Origin: Okamejei kenojei
Taxonomy: Eukaryota
Direction: 5' to 3'
DNA: 64,000 bases
Assembly: GCA_035221665.1 (NCBI GenBank)
Contig: CM069140.1
Span: forward strand, 16,244,001 to 16,308,000
Shown here: piece after piece, positions 33,462 through 47,518 of the stretch
Layout of the letters: each line of letters starts with the position of its first letter
Numbering within the stretch: the first letter of the stretch is position 1
The notes under the pieces: generated by a model
Database searches by the model: none
Told to the model about the DNA's origin: nothing
What the model saw: only the letters and a program-made list of their open reading frames with translations
Program-made: the position numbers and the translations under genes

Positions 33462-33760
33462 AGTTTAGTTTTAGTTAAGTTTAGAAATGCAGCGTGGAAA
33501 CAGGCCCTTTGGCCACCGCACCAACCAACATTCACCCATACACTAGTTCTATCCTACACACTCAGGACAATTTACAGAAACCAATTAAGCTACAAAACTT
33601 GCACGTCTTTGGAGTGTGGGAGGGAACTGAAGCACCCAGAGGAAACCTACACGGACACAGGGAGAATGTACAAATTCCATCCCGACAACACCCGTAGTCA
33701 GGATTGAACCTGGGTCTCAGGTGCTGTCAGGTAGTAACTCTACCGCTGTGCCACTGTGCC
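33462..33760 (-). mobile_element. tRNA-derived V-SINE (HE1-like)
   Basis: Minus strand starts ggcacagtggcacagcgg (A box) ... ggttcaatcc (B box), and ends in a CR1-like tail (taaac)n. Another disrupted copy lies at ~50230-50960. Confidence 0.7.
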
Positions 33761-34697
33761 AACCAAAACTATTAATAAATCCTTCTGTGTGCAACAACAA
33801 GCTGGAACATTGCTTATATCTTTGGCCCAACTTGCCCTTGCCAACCAAATTGCTCCATCTACGCGAGTACCATGCGACCGTGTTTGGCCCTTGTCCCTCT
33901 AAACCGTTCCTATCCATGTACCTAGCCAAATGTCTTTTAAATTACAGTATAGTACTTGCCTCGACTACCTCCTCTGGCAGCTTGTTCCATATACCCACCA
34001 TCCTCTGTGTGATAAAGATGCCCCTCAGGCTCCTATTAAATATTTTCATTCTCACCTTAAACCCATGTCATCTGCTTCTTGGTACCCCTAGCCTGGGTAA
34101 AAAGCCTAGTTCACCCTAGCTATTCCCCTCATGATTTTATGCACCTCTATAAGATCACCCCTCAGCCTCCTGCGCTCCAAGGAGTAAAGGTTGGGCTTAG
34201 CCTGCCCGTCCAAAATTGTAGATGATCAGTCATGATCACATTGAATGGCGGTGCTGGCTCAAAGGGCCGAATGACGTACTCCTGCACCTATTGTCTATTG
34301 TTCTCATGAATCTTCTCTCACTCTTCACAGCTTAACAATGTCCTCCCTATAGCAGGGTGACAAAACTGAGCGTAATACTCCAAATGCACCCACACCAACA
34401 TCTTGTACCATAACATCTTGTAACATAACATCCCAACTTCCATGTGTAGGAAAGAATTGCAGATGCTGGCTTAAACTGACGTAAGGCACAAGATGTTGGA
34501 GCAACTCAGCGGGACAGGCAGCATCTCTGGATAGAAGGAATGGGCGACTTTTCGGGTCATAAGGTCATATGTGATAGGACTAGAATTAGGCCATTTGGTC
34601 ATCTAGTCTACTCCACCATTCAATCATGGCTGATCTATAACTCCTTCCTAACCCTGCCTTCTCCCCGTAATCCTGCCTTCTCCCCGTAACCTCTGAC

Positions 34698-37130
34698 ACA
34701 GTTATAATGGGTGACTTCACAGTTAATATACAGTTATAATGGGTGACTTCAATCTACATATAGATTGGGTGAATCAAATTGGCAGGGGTGCTGAGGAAGA
34801 GGATTTATTGGAATGTATGCAGGATAGTTTTCTAAAACCAACATGTAGAGGAACCAACGAGAGAACAGGCTATTCTAGACTGGGTATTGAGTAATGAGGA
34901 AGGGTTAGTTAGCAGTCATGTTGTGCGTGGTCCCTTGGGCAAGAGTGACCATAATATGGTTGAGTTCTTCATTAGGATGGAGAGTGTCATTGTTAATTCA
35001 GAAACAAGGGTTCTGAACTTAAAGAAAGGTAACTTTGAGGGTATGAGACGTGAATTGGCCAAGATAGACTGGAAATTGATTCTTAAAGGGTTGACGGTGG
35101 ATATGCAATGGAAGGCATTTAAAGACTGCATGGATGAACTACAACAATTGTTTATCCCAGTTTGGCAAAAGAATAAATCAGGGAAGGTAGTGCATCTGTG
35201 GATAACAAGGGAAATCAGGGATAGTATCAAAACAAAAGATGAAGCATACAAATTAGCCAGAAAAAGCAGCCTACCAGAGGACTGGGAGAAATTCAGTCCA
35301 GCAGAGGAGGACAAAGGCCTTAATTAAGAAAAGGAAAATAGATTATGAAAGAAAAGTGGCAGGGAACATAAAAACTGACTGCAAACGTTTTTATAGATAT
35401 GTGAAGACAAAAAGATGAGTTAAAACAAATGTAGGTCCCTAAGGAAGACATAAATAATCTGCCGGAAATAGCAGGGGACCGGATTTCAAATGAGATGGAG
35501 GAACTATGAAATCCAGGTTAGCCGGGAAGTGGTGTTGGGTAAATTGAATGGATTAAAGGCCGATAAATCCCCAGGGCAAGATAGGCTGCATCCCAGAGTA
35601 CTTAAGGAAGTATGCCCAGAAATAGTGGATGCATTAGTGATAATTTTTCAAAACTCTTTAGATTCTGGAGTAGTTCCTGAGGATTGGAGTGTAGCTAATG
35701 TAACCCCACTTTTTAAAAAGGGAGGGAGAGAGAAAATGGGGAATTTCAGACCAGTAAGTCTAACATCGGTAGTGAGGAAAATGCTATATTAAAGATGGGA
35801 TAGCAGCACATTTGGAAAATGGTGAAATCATTGGACAAAGTCAGCATGGATTTATGAAAGGTAAATCATGTCTGACAAATCTTATAGAATTTTTCGAGGA
35901 TGTAACTAGTAGAGTGGATAAAGGAGAACCAGTGGATTTGTTATAGCTGGACTTTCAGAAGCCTTTCAACAAGGTCCCACATAAGAGATTAGTATGCAAA
36001 CTTAAAGCACACGGTATTGGATGTTCAGTATTGATGTGGATAGAGAACTGGCTGGCAGAGAGGAAGCAAAGAGTAGGAGTAAACGGGTCCTTTTCAGAAT
36101 GGCAGGCAGTGACTAGTGGGGTACCGCAAGGCTCATTGCTGGGACCTCCAGCTATTTACAATATATATTAATGATCTGGCGAGGGAAGTGAATGCAACAT
36201 CTCCAAGTTTGCGGATGACACAAAGCTGGGGGGCGGTGTTAGCTGTGAGGAGGATGCTAGGAGGATGCAAGGTGACTTGGATAGGTTGGGTGAGAGTGCA
36301 AATGCATGGCAGATGCAGTATAATGTGGATACATGTGAGGTTATCCTCTTTGGTGGCAAAAACAGGAAAGTAGACTATTACCTGAATGGTGGCCGATTAG
36401 GAAAAGGAGAGATGCAACGAGACCTGGGTGTCATGGTACAACAGTCATTGAAAGTAGGCATGCAGGTGCAGCAGGCAGTGAAGAAAGCGAATGGCATTCA
36501 TAGCAAATGGATTTGAGTGTAGGAGTAGGGAGGTTCTACTGCAGTTGTACAGGGTCTTGGTGAGACCACACCTGGAGTATTGCGTACAGTTTTGGTCTCC
36601 TAATCTGAGGAAAGACATTCTTGCCATAGAGAGAGTACAGAGAAGGTTCACCAGACTGATTCCTGGGATGTCAGGACTTTCATATGAAGAAAGACTGGAT
36701 AGACTCGGCTTGTACTCGCTAGAATTTAGAAGATTGAGGGAGGATCTTATAGAGACTTACAAAATTCTTAAGGGGTTGGACAGGCTAGATGCAGGAAGAT
36801 TGTTCCCGATGTTGGGGAAGTCCAGAACAAGGGGTTACAGTTTAAGGATAAAGGGGAAGTCTTTTAGGACCGAGATGAGAAAAACATTTTTCACACAGGG
36901 AATGGTGAATCTGTGGAATTCTCTGCCACATAAGGTAGTTGAGACCAGTTAATTGGCTATATTTAAGAGGGGGTTAGATGTGGCCCTTGTGGCTAAAAGG
37001 ATCAGGGGGTATGGAGAGAAGGCAGGTACAGGATACTGAGTTGGATGATCAGCCATGATCACATTGAATGGCGGTGCAGGTTCGAAGGGCCGAATGGCCT
37101 ACTCCTGCACCTATTTTCTATGTTTCTATG
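34698..37130 (+). mobile_element. 5'-truncated CR1/HER1 LINE (APE C-terminus, RT, 3'UTR)
   Basis: PLGKSDHNMVEF, KSPGQDRLHPRVLKE, FRPVSLTS, KFADD, RPHLEYCVQFWSP, with frameshifts. Confidence 0.92.
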
Positions 37131-37394
37131 ACACCTGTACTAATCAAAAATCTATCTATCTCTGCCTTAAAAATATCCATTGACTGGGCCTCCACTGCCT
37201 TCTGTGGCAAAGAATTCCACAAATTGACAACACACTGACTAAATACATTTCTCCTCATCTCCTTCCTAAAAGAACGTCCCTTAATTCTGAGGCTATGACC
37301 TCTAGTCCTAGACTCTCCTCCTAGTGGAAACATCCTCTCCACATCCAATCTATCCAAACCGTTCACTGTTCTGTATGTTTCAATGAGAGGTACA

Positions 37395-38312
37395 TAATGA
37401 CTTACTGCTCACCGTTGACTCCAGCGACTGTGCAATCTTGCTCCTTCTTGACCTAATTGACTGTCTCCGGTACGGGGTTGGTATTGATGGCACTGCCCTG
37501 AGCTGGTTCATCTCCTACCTCAAAGGTAGGAGTTTCTCCTACCAACATAGCAAACTCTTTCTCCTCCCCAGCTAGCCTCTGCTGCGGGGGTCCACAAGGT
37601 CCCATCCTTGGCCCCATTCTCTTCTCCGTGTATATGCTCCCCTTAGGCCAAGTCATTGAAAGGCACGGCATTTCCTTCCATTGCTACGCAGACGATACAC
37701 AACTCTATCTCCCCCTGAAGCCCAAAAACCAATCAAATCTGCTTAACCTTACCAGCTGCCTCGAGGATATAAAGTGCTGGATGGCCTAGAACATCCTCAA
37801 ACTAAACGAGAGTAAGTCTGACGTCATCCTTCTCGGCCCCTCGGACTCAATCAAAATGATAGCAGGCAGCCTTGGAAGCCTTACCCCACTACTCAAACCT
37901 CACGTGAAAAACCTTGGCGTGATATTTGACGCAGCACTGAAATTTGACAAACAAGTCAATGCCGTGGTAAAAGCTAGCTTCTTTCAGCTTCGGACGATCA
38001 GCCAAGCTATGCGAAATAAAAACAATCCTGGCCTCCTCAGTTTAATTTGACCTCAAAAAGATTCATCCATACATTTATCTCCTTTCGGTTGCACCTAGAT
38101 TACTGCTCCCTCCATCGACTCCTTTAAGTCTAGACTAAAAACTTATCTGTTCTCCCAAGCCTTTCCTGACGTCCTCTGAGCGAGGGCTATTTGTATATAT
38201 GAATGTAGCCTGCTTGTGTATACTATTCTTATAACAAATGTAAAGTACTTTGGTCAACGAGAGTTGTTTTTTAAATGTGCTATATAAATAAATGTGACTT
38301 GACTTGACTTGA
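37395..38312 (+). mobile_element. L2-type LINE RT fragment and 3' end
   Basis: PQGPILGPILFSVYMLPLG..HCYADDTQLY..VKNLGVIFD; tail aataaatg(tgact)n. Confidence 0.85.
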
Positions 38313-39489
38313 ATCTGAAGTCCAGCGAGTACAGGCCCAGTGCCGTCAAATGCTCATCATAGGTTAACCTACTCATTCCAGGGATCTTGTAAGCCTCCTC
38401 TGGACCCACTCTCGAGCCAGCACATCCTTCCTCACATATCGTGCCCGAAATTGCTCACGATATTCCAAATGCGACCTTACCAACGCCTTATAGTCTCAGC
38501 ATTACATCCCTGTTTGTGTATACAAGCCCTCTTGAAATAAATGCTAGTTTTCTTTACCGATTCGACTTGCAGATTAACTTTTTGAGAATCCTGCTCTATC
38601 ACTCCCAAGTCCCTTTGCACCTTTGATTTCTGGATTCTCTCCCCATTTAGAAAATAGTCTATGCCTTCTTCAGATCTATCCCAACTTCTGTACTCAATAC
38701 CATGACTGATGAAGGCCATTGTACCGAAAGCCTTCTTGACCACCCGATCTACCTGTCGCGACACTTTCAGAGAACTATATCCCAGCACTCATAGAGTCCT
38801 TTGCTCTACAATACTTCCTAGGGACCACCATTCACAGTGAAGGTCCTGCCCTGGTTTGACTTCCCAAAATTAAACACTTACCTGCACTAAATTTAATAGT
38901 AAGATTAAAGGAGAACTTACCAGTTTGAAGTTTGATCTTTATTTTATGAGGAGTTACGATGAGGGATTACGTAAAGTAGTCCGCCAGCCCACGTGCGCGT
39001 CAACCTTCAAAGCAGCGGTGTGAAGTCACAGATAACAGTTGTTGAACTGAATATAGTAAGATTCGAGAAACTAGAACTACCAGCTGGCCTTTATGAGAAG
39101 ATTGTTGGGAGCGGACGGCACGTAATCAGATCAGATCAGATCAGATCAGATTCCTTTATTGTCATTCAGACCTTTCGGTGAACGGAAAATTTCGTTACCT
39201 TGCAGTCATCGTAAACACATAATCCCTCCTCATAAAATAAAGATCAAACTTCAAACTGGTAAGTTCTCGTTTAATCTTACTATTTTACTTCGGAGTCACG
39301 TGAGTGACTACATGAAGATTTCAAAGTTCTGTGAATTCATGCCGTAGACACGAGTCCATGCCACACACTGTATTAGTTGACCAAGATGAGTGAAATTAAT
39401 AATGCATTCAGACATGACATAGATTTAAAACATGCTGATGCTTTAATGGACAAAATTAACAATAGTAACCCCTCTCATCCGAGAGGAAA

Positions 39490-40920
39490 CTATAAAACGG
39501 AACTTAAAATGGAGTTGGCAAATCCCTCCGGTCTGACTATGGGTTTATTATAGAAAGTTTGAAAAGTGCTCTGCAAAAAGTGCTCGTTTGACCATCCTGC
39601 AGCCACTAGGATGTGGTCCAGCGGGACGTCCATAACCCTCACTGCTGACGTAGTTGCAGCCCTGGTGGAGTGAGATTTGAAAACGTCAGTATCTACTCCT
39701 GCATAATCCAGAACCCGTTTTAACCACTTGGAGATGGTCTGAACTGAAACCTTCTTATGAGGTTTCTTGTGATTAACAAACATTGCTAGTTCTGACCCCC
39801 TAAGGCTCTTGGTGACCTTAATATATTGTTGGAGGTGCGGGACCACACATAACCGGAGGTCCAAGGGGTATGCCATAAAGAGTAGTTTGAGGCTGGAAGT
39901 ACCTGGTCTACTCTGTTTAACTAGATCATACACATAAAATGTTATATTATTGGCAGATGTGATCATCCTATCCAGCCACAGCTTATGTAATGACTGGACC
40001 TGTTGCGCTGACACCAGTGCCACGAGCATCACTACCTTGTACGTGAGCTGGGACAGGGACAGGGATGTTGCTGGAGCCCACCGGCGAAGCAACGTTAGTA
40101 CCACGCTTACATCCCATATTTCCGAGTATCTGGGCCTGGGAGGATTCGAATTGAAGATACACTTCATGAACCGGGATATCAGTGGGTGAGACCCAACAGA
40201 GTGGTGCCCCGATCCTAGCAACAAGTATGATGGCAAAGCACTCCTGGCACAATTTAAAGCACTGTAACTCAATCTCTCATCAAAATAAAGTGTTGAGAGG
40301 AATTCCAATACATTTGTTATGTGTGCTGTCTCATACGAAATATTAGACTGCAACACTTTCCATTTCTTGATATAGGAGATGCACTGTTTCTTGGTACTGT
40401 CTCTCCAGGCTGCAGTGAGCACGTCCACCGTACGATCAGATAGTCCGAGCCCCAGGAAAGGTCTTCTTAGTCTGCAAACCAACAAATTGAGCCGATCATG
40501 CAGTGAATGATTCTCCACAGTCACGGGGTGAACTAGCAGATTTCTGTTTTTTGGAACTGGCATAAAAGGTTCTGTGATCATTCCCAGTATGAGTTGAAAC
40601 CACGGCTGTGTAGGCCAGTCAGGCACTACCAGAATGCCTGAGGCAGAGTCTTGCTTGATCTTAAGCAAGTACCGACTGACGAGGCAGAATGGGGGGAATG
40701 CATAGAAAAACATTCCTCTCCAATGTAGCGAGAAGGCATCTACCACCACTGCCCCTGGGTCTAGTTCCCATGCAACATACTTTGGTAACTGGTGATTGCG
40801 TCTGGATTCAAACAAATCTATATCCGGTGTTCCATACCGAGTGATAATATCATTAAACATGATATGATTCAACATCCATTCTGTGTTGTCATTGAATTTC
40901 CGTGACCTGGTGTCCGCCAC
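39490..40920 (-). pseudogene. DIRS methyltransferase-like domain and tyrosine recombinase (likely inactive)
   Basis: DIDLF..DAF..W..YAFPPF (MT); HSTR, AGWS, FQTFY (YR). The first catalytic Arg appears to be Gln (SAQQVQ). Confidence 0.85.
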
Positions 40921-42287
40921 AATATTGAACCTACCTGGTAAGTAGGTAGCTAAGATCCAAATGTTTCTTGCAATGCACCAGTGTCAAATGAGGTTAGCCA
41001 ATTTATCACAGGATACTGACATGATTCCACCCATGTGATTAATGTAGGCCACCGCTGTGGTGTTGTCAATCTGAAGTTGAACATGCAGATGGTGCATATT
41101 CTCACAATAAGCTTTTAATCCATAGAGTGCTCCAAGCAACTCTAAGTAGTTAATACCATACAAATGAAGAATAGTAAGATTAAATGAGAACTTACCAGTT
41201 CGAAGTATGATCGTTATTTTATGAGGAGTAACGATGAGGGATTACGTGAAGAAGCCCCGCCTGGCGCTTGATCTGCATACTTCAAAGCAGCGACATGATA
41301 AACACAGAACATAATAGCCGGAGTTAGATAGTAAGGCTCAACATAGATTTAGAACTATCAGATGATCATTTATTTTATGAGGGTCGGGAGTGGAGGGCAC
41401 ATAATCCCTCATCGTTACTCCTCATAAAATAACGATCAAACTTTGAACTGGTAGTTCTCGTTTAATCTTACTATTTTACTTCGGAGTCACGTGAGTGACT
41501 ACGTGAAGATTTTGTAGTTTCTGTGTTTTTTATGTCGTAGACTCATTCCATACGACACGCTGGCTCAACCAACACAGTAATGAGCAAAATAACACATTTT
41601 TCCCAAACATTGTCTCAGTTTATGTGATTAATTTTTTCCCATTATAAAAGAATGAAAATAATGCCCTTTTCATTGAAAGGCAAATTTATCACCAAAATAT
41701 CAATTGATAATATAATTTGATAGTATAAACAAAGCAACAATTACAGAGAACCCAACACTCCGTGTCCAATCCTGACACCATGACTGGTTCCTTGTAACTT
41801 TAATATTTATTTTACACCCTCCTGCGGCCTTGAATCTTTGCTCGAGCGGCCCATCCTGTGCCATTCCTGTGAATGTATCTACCTCCTTAATGGAGTGATT
41901 TTCCACATCTCAATGTCTAGTTCCACTGAGTGTTAAACATGTTTTAACCATCTAGAATATAATTATCTAGAACCATCAGTTTTTACTGATACTTAATGTG
42001 GTTTTTGTGTGTAATAAGTAGTGCTGTCTCACCACCACAGAGACTCTTACCTACTTTAACATATTGAGTCAATGTTGACCCACACACAATTTTTGGCTGA
42101 CAGGATATGCTTAAATTTTACCTTGGTTCCAGCTCTTCCTGGTCTACTTTGTTTGGTAAATTCATAAACATATAAGATAATGTAATCTGTAGCCACATGC
42201 ACATTTGCAATGTTTGCACTCCTATGCTGACACTAAAGTATGAGCATTATCACTTTCAATGATCTCTTGAATCATTGATAGAATTAG

Positions 42288-43440
42288 AGTCAAAGTCAAG
42301 TCAAAGTCAAAATTGCATTTATTGTCATGTGTCCCTGACAGGACAATGAAATTCTTTCTTTGCATAGCACAACAGAACATAGTAGGCATTGACTACAGTT
42401 ATATACTTAAATACACACATTAATTAATAAATTAATAAAGTGCAAATAACAGATGGAGGGGTATTAATGTTCAGAGTTTTGTCCGAGCCAGGTTTAATAG
42501 CCTGACGGCTGTGGGGAAGTAGCTATTCCTGAACCGGGTTGTTGCAGTTCTCAGGCTCCTGTACCTTCTACCCGAAGGTAGCAGGGAGATGAGTGTGTGG
42601 CCAGGGTGGTGTGGGTCCTTGATGATGCTGCCAGCCTTTTTGAGGCAACGGCTGTGGTAGATCCCCTCGATGGAAGGAAGGTCAGAGCCGATGATGGACT
42701 GGGCAGTGTTTACTACTTTTTTGTAGTCTTTTCCTCTCCAGGGCACTCAAGTTGCCGAACCAAGCCACGATGCAACCAGTCAGCAAGCTCTCTACTGTGC
42801 ACCTGTAGAAGTTAGAGAGAGTCCTCCTTGACAGACCGACTCTCCGTAATCTTCTCAGGAAGTAGAGGCGCTGATGAGCTTTCTTAATAATTGCATCTGT
42901 GTTCTCGGACCAGGAAAGAAATTGGTTTTGCTGGTGTTGAGGGCCAGGTTATTGTGCTGGCACCATATGGACAGTCGCTCGATCTCTCTTCTGTACTCCG
43001 ACTCATCCCCATCAGTGATTCGTCCCACAACAGTGGTGTCGTCAGCGAACTTGATGATGGGGTTCGCACTGTGACCGGCTACACAGTCATGAGTATAGAG
43101 TGAGTACAGCAGGGGGCTGAGCACGCAGCCTTGAGGTGCTCCCGTGTTGATTGTTATCGAGTCTGACACATTTTCACCAATACGAACAGACTGTGGTCTG
43201 TGAATGAGGAAGTCGAGGATCCAATTGCAGAGGGATGCGCAGAGACCCAGTTCTGCGAGTTTGGTAACCAGCTTGGAGGGGATGATTGTGTTAAATACCG
43301 AGCTGCAGTCAATGAATAACAGCCTGACATATGAGTTTTTGTTGTCCAAGTGGTCCAGAGCGGAGTGGAGGGCCAGCGAGATCGCGTCCACCATTGATCT
43401 GTTGTGGCGGTAAGCAAACTGCAGTGGGTCCAGGTCCAGT
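42288..43440 (-). mobile_element. Rex1/Babar-type LINE fragment nested in the inner DIRS
   Basis: [50 protein letters not shown]; RFRNSYFPTAVRLLN; (tttgac)n tail. Confidence 0.9.
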
Positions 43441-45978
43441 CCATTGCCCAAGGCAAATCAGGACTATGCTGATCTCCCAACTTCTGTATTTCAACTTTGG
43501 ACAGATTATATATATATATACCTTTTTCATATCGGATATTACGAATGAGCCCGATAAATTCTTGGTCAGCAATATGTCCTAAATAGGACGATAAACACTA
43601 TGAGCTCTATTATTGGCTCTATCACTTAGATGCTGAGAAAAAATGCAATCCACAAGGAACTCCCATATATCTAATATGATAAAATAACTTTTACTGTCTG
43701 CAAAAGACTTCCAATTTGTTATAAACAAAATATTGTTTTTTAAACTATTTCTCCAAATTGCAGGTATAACATTCCTTTTGTACATAATTGTTATATTGTT
43801 ATATTAGTTAAAACATTCATAGACATCTTTGACCGTCAAATTGTTATAATGGTCTGGTAAACCTGCAGATAACCAAATGCATATCTTCATGCCCTGGAAG
43901 AATTTGTACAACAATAAATTACTGCAACTATTAGTCATCATAACGGGTTCAAACATCACTCTCAACATTAATGAGAACCATGAAGGTCCGGTTTGGGCCA
44001 CTAAAGCGCCCCTGGCAGCGTCCTGCTACATTTTCACCAGACACTGCCCTATCAAACAAAAATGAGGAACATAAAAGAACATCTTTCCTCATGTAATATA
44101 GCAAAATGTATCCACCGCTCTTGCTCTCGGTTTTCCCACGAGAACATTTAAGAGATCGGTGATTTAATCTGGATACAACCAGATTAATGGTAAGTAATCC
44201 ATATTACTGACAATGTTTTTCCCCTGATTTGTCGTCTGCAACAACATTGTCTCTTCCTTAGAGATAAACAGCTGAACTAAAACATTTTTAGAATACACCA
44301 CATTAATATGTACTTACGTCTAATAAAAATATTTAACAAAAATAATGCGCCACATCTGGTTACCCAGATAATCACTTGATAATGATCTTACTTGACTCAT
44401 GTGATTGATATATGCCACAGCCGTTGTATTGTTCACCTGATATGACATGCACACTTTCATAATAGAACAATAGGCATTTAATCCATAAAAAGCACCTGAT
44501 ACTCCAATAATTAATACAAATGTTTGGAGAAAAATGTCTTAGGACAATCCATTCCCTGGTGTTATTGTCCGTAGTGCCCTAAACAAGGGACATATCAATA
44601 TTATCTTGATAAGAATAGATATTATACTTATCTTAACCCAAATAATCACAGAAGCTATCTATCATCCGATAATACTTGCTTCAGCTTGCAACGGCTGCTA
44701 AGCTTATATATTTAAAGCAGCTTGTGGAACCTTTTCTATCCACCACTTTAATTCTGTTAACGTATACTTTGGTATTTGCATAGGCCTGTCAAAAAGGCCT
44801 GCATACTCTTATAATGCTTGTGTTTTCCCTTTTTTGGAGCTTTTTTTTTTTTTTTTTTTACTCTTTTACCTAAGCTCCTTCTCTGATGGAGGGACAAAGT
44901 TTGTCAACAAAGCAATGAGACATTTGCATCTCGGAAAACATTTTCCCCCTCATATGGTGCTGAATTACTCCTAAACCCAGAATAGTAATTTAGTAATGTT
45001 TATGAATGCCTAAAACATAGTTTTTATTGGATGGGTCAGGACCCTTGCCTCTCATCAGGCTTGTACATTGCTGCACTAATTTGCAGCTGACTCCTGATCA
45101 ACCTTCCAATTTAAAATGTGATCAAGATAAGCCATGACCATGTCCTCATTAGTGCAAGTGCTGATCTTCTTATCAGTGCAATTGTTGTTCCAGTAATTAT
45201 GTGAACAGCCTAGAACTGAGTTTTTAATCAATTAGACAATGTCTTAACTTGCACAGCTGACCCATTCTAATTAATTTCAAGCACCTGTAAATATGATAAC
45301 TAATTGGTACTAAATGCCAATCCTTTGAGTCTTATAGTAATGATTAACAATTTGTTGATAACAACTGTTTTTCAATGTTGAAGATGTCCATTTTAATGAA
45401 ATGATTTTACACTGTAAAAGTGTATTTAAAATGATGTCTTGTATGGTTTTACCACCACATCTTCTTTTAGCTGGGGAAATTAATGATACAAATTTATGTA
45501 CCTCTTCTTTATTGGAGATATTGTGGGTGCAAACCTAAAATCAATTTTTAGGTTTTCCTATACAGGTGAACCAATTCCTTCTACAATTTTTTTGTAGATC
45601 CTTTACACATTAAAATAAATCAACCCTTTGTTATGCCATATCATTGATCATAACACACCTGTAATCTCCCACATTGGAGATTTCATCAACTTCTTCTGTA
45701 ACAGGTTTTTGCACCTCTTCAATGTACATGAAGCCTTTTCTTCCCAATCATATGGGTTCACATAAGGCTGTGTTGGATAAATATTTATTGATCATACTCC
45801 TGCCTTTGTTTTGATCCATTATCAAATCTTTACATTGGATCATATTTTTTCCAAAGTTTAATGACCAATAGTCTTTCCTTTGTAATCAATGTCTTTGATT
45901 TATCCTGAGGCAGGTTTACTCCATAATAATCAGGAGTTTAACATAACTTGATCTGTTTTGACCTGCAAATCTAAAGTG

Positions 45979-46107
45979 NNNNNNNNNNNNNNNNNNNNNN
46001 NNNNNNNNNNNNNNNNNNNNNNNNNNNNNNNNNNNNNNNNNNNNNNNNNNNNNNNNNNNNNNNNNNNNNNNNNNNNNNNNNNNNNNNNNNNNNNNNNNNN
46101 NNNNNNN
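45979..46107. other. Assembly gap (N run)
   Basis: Run of Ns. Confidence 1.
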
Positions 46108-47518
46108 TTCAGCTCCACAAACTAATGGCATTTTGCCTTTTTATTTTAAATGTTTTCTTTGTTTTACATAAGTAGTGATGCCACGCACCAGCTTGAAATA
46201 CTTTGAAATCGTATTTCCTTATGTCTCCATATAATTGAGACATGGGTACCATACTCGGATTCACCGTTGATACCTTAATAAAACATACATTTTTTTATCA
46301 ATAACTCTGCTGTTTCAACCATAACAGCTTTGGTGAGACCAATTAATTTTGGTTTCCATGGTTACTTTCCATGGCCTCATTCCTTCATTCAGGTATCGTA
46401 CCTAGTACACCTGTATATATATTTGTGCTGTGGTGGGTACTTTATGACCAGCCACCACTATCAATGCACCTTTAGGGTCAGTTTTTTTCATATTCTTTTA
46501 CTGCCCTGGTAACTCCTGAGTTTTTCCTCAAGGAGACTACCTCCAAAACAATCCGAGGTAGATATTCCCACATTGATAAATTCCACCATATATATTAATA
46601 TATGGAAACCCCTCAGGGTCTGTTTTGGGAATATTCTTGGCCTTTTAAACCCTTAGGTTGAATTTTTTATTTTTGGAGTCTTTCTCCATTAATTTTAAGC
46701 CATAAAGCCTTTTTGTCTGGAGGCCTTTTTATTAGAACTTTTCAAATCATAGCCTCTCTGACTTTTTTAAATTTTTTCCTCCCCACTGGAGTTTTTCCTT
46801 CTGGAGTTTTCCCTTTTCTTTTTAACTTTTAAACTCCGTTTTTTCACCCGGAGTATTTATTTTCCTTTTTAACTTTTAAACTCCGTTTTTTTCCCCGGAG
46901 TATTTTCTTTTCATTTTAAGTTTTAAACTCTGTTTTTCCTCATAGCCAAAAGTTTGTGGATCGACTAAAATCTCCCTAACGGTAATTTTAACGGCCACCG
47001 GTATCGTAACCGGCTCCGCACTTAATCTGCCGTCTCGATCGCTGAGTTTTCCCCTGGGACGCTTTATAAACTCCGTTTTTTCCACCCGGAGTATTTTCTT
47101 TTCATTTTAACTTTTATTTTATTTTTTGCTTTCAAATTCCATTTCTTTTTAACTCCTGGTGGCTCTATACACCAGCCACGGAGTTTGGATATGCCCTGTA
47201 AGTATTTCAACTGCACTTACCTGCAGGCCCGTACCTACCGCTGTTGAGGAGCTGCCTCTGCAGCTCTTGCTCTGCCGTCAGCGTCGACATAATGCCGATC
47301 AAGCCCCAGGCAGGGCTTCTTCACGTAGTAACTCACGTGACTCCTAAGTAAAATTGATGACTCATGCACATCTGCCACCACAGCTAGAAATGGTATCAGT
47401 AGCGCCCCATCCCAGAGTACTAGCATCAGTTCATAATATAACTGAAGGATTGTTGACCAAAATATTACTGGAGAAATGCCGAATATTGGACATCCACCAT
47501 TGTAACTCAGCAATGGCT

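Larger units (their letters stand above)
41170..47354 (-). mobile_element. Inner DIRS element (intact termini and ICR, heavily decayed interior)
   Basis: Same terminal sequence as the outer element at 41170, ICR at ~41400-41510, inverted left terminus at ~47290-47354, and RH remnant VNNTTAVAYINH at ~44400. Confidence 0.8.

Noticed and set aside
33690-33760. Possible tRNA gene (A and B boxes)
   Set aside because: It is the head of a SINE, with no full cloverleaf.
39490-40920. Bacterial or phage integrase/methylase suggesting contamination or horizontal transfer
   Set aside because: It is embedded in a DIRS retrotransposon with RT, RNase H, inverted termini and an ICR.
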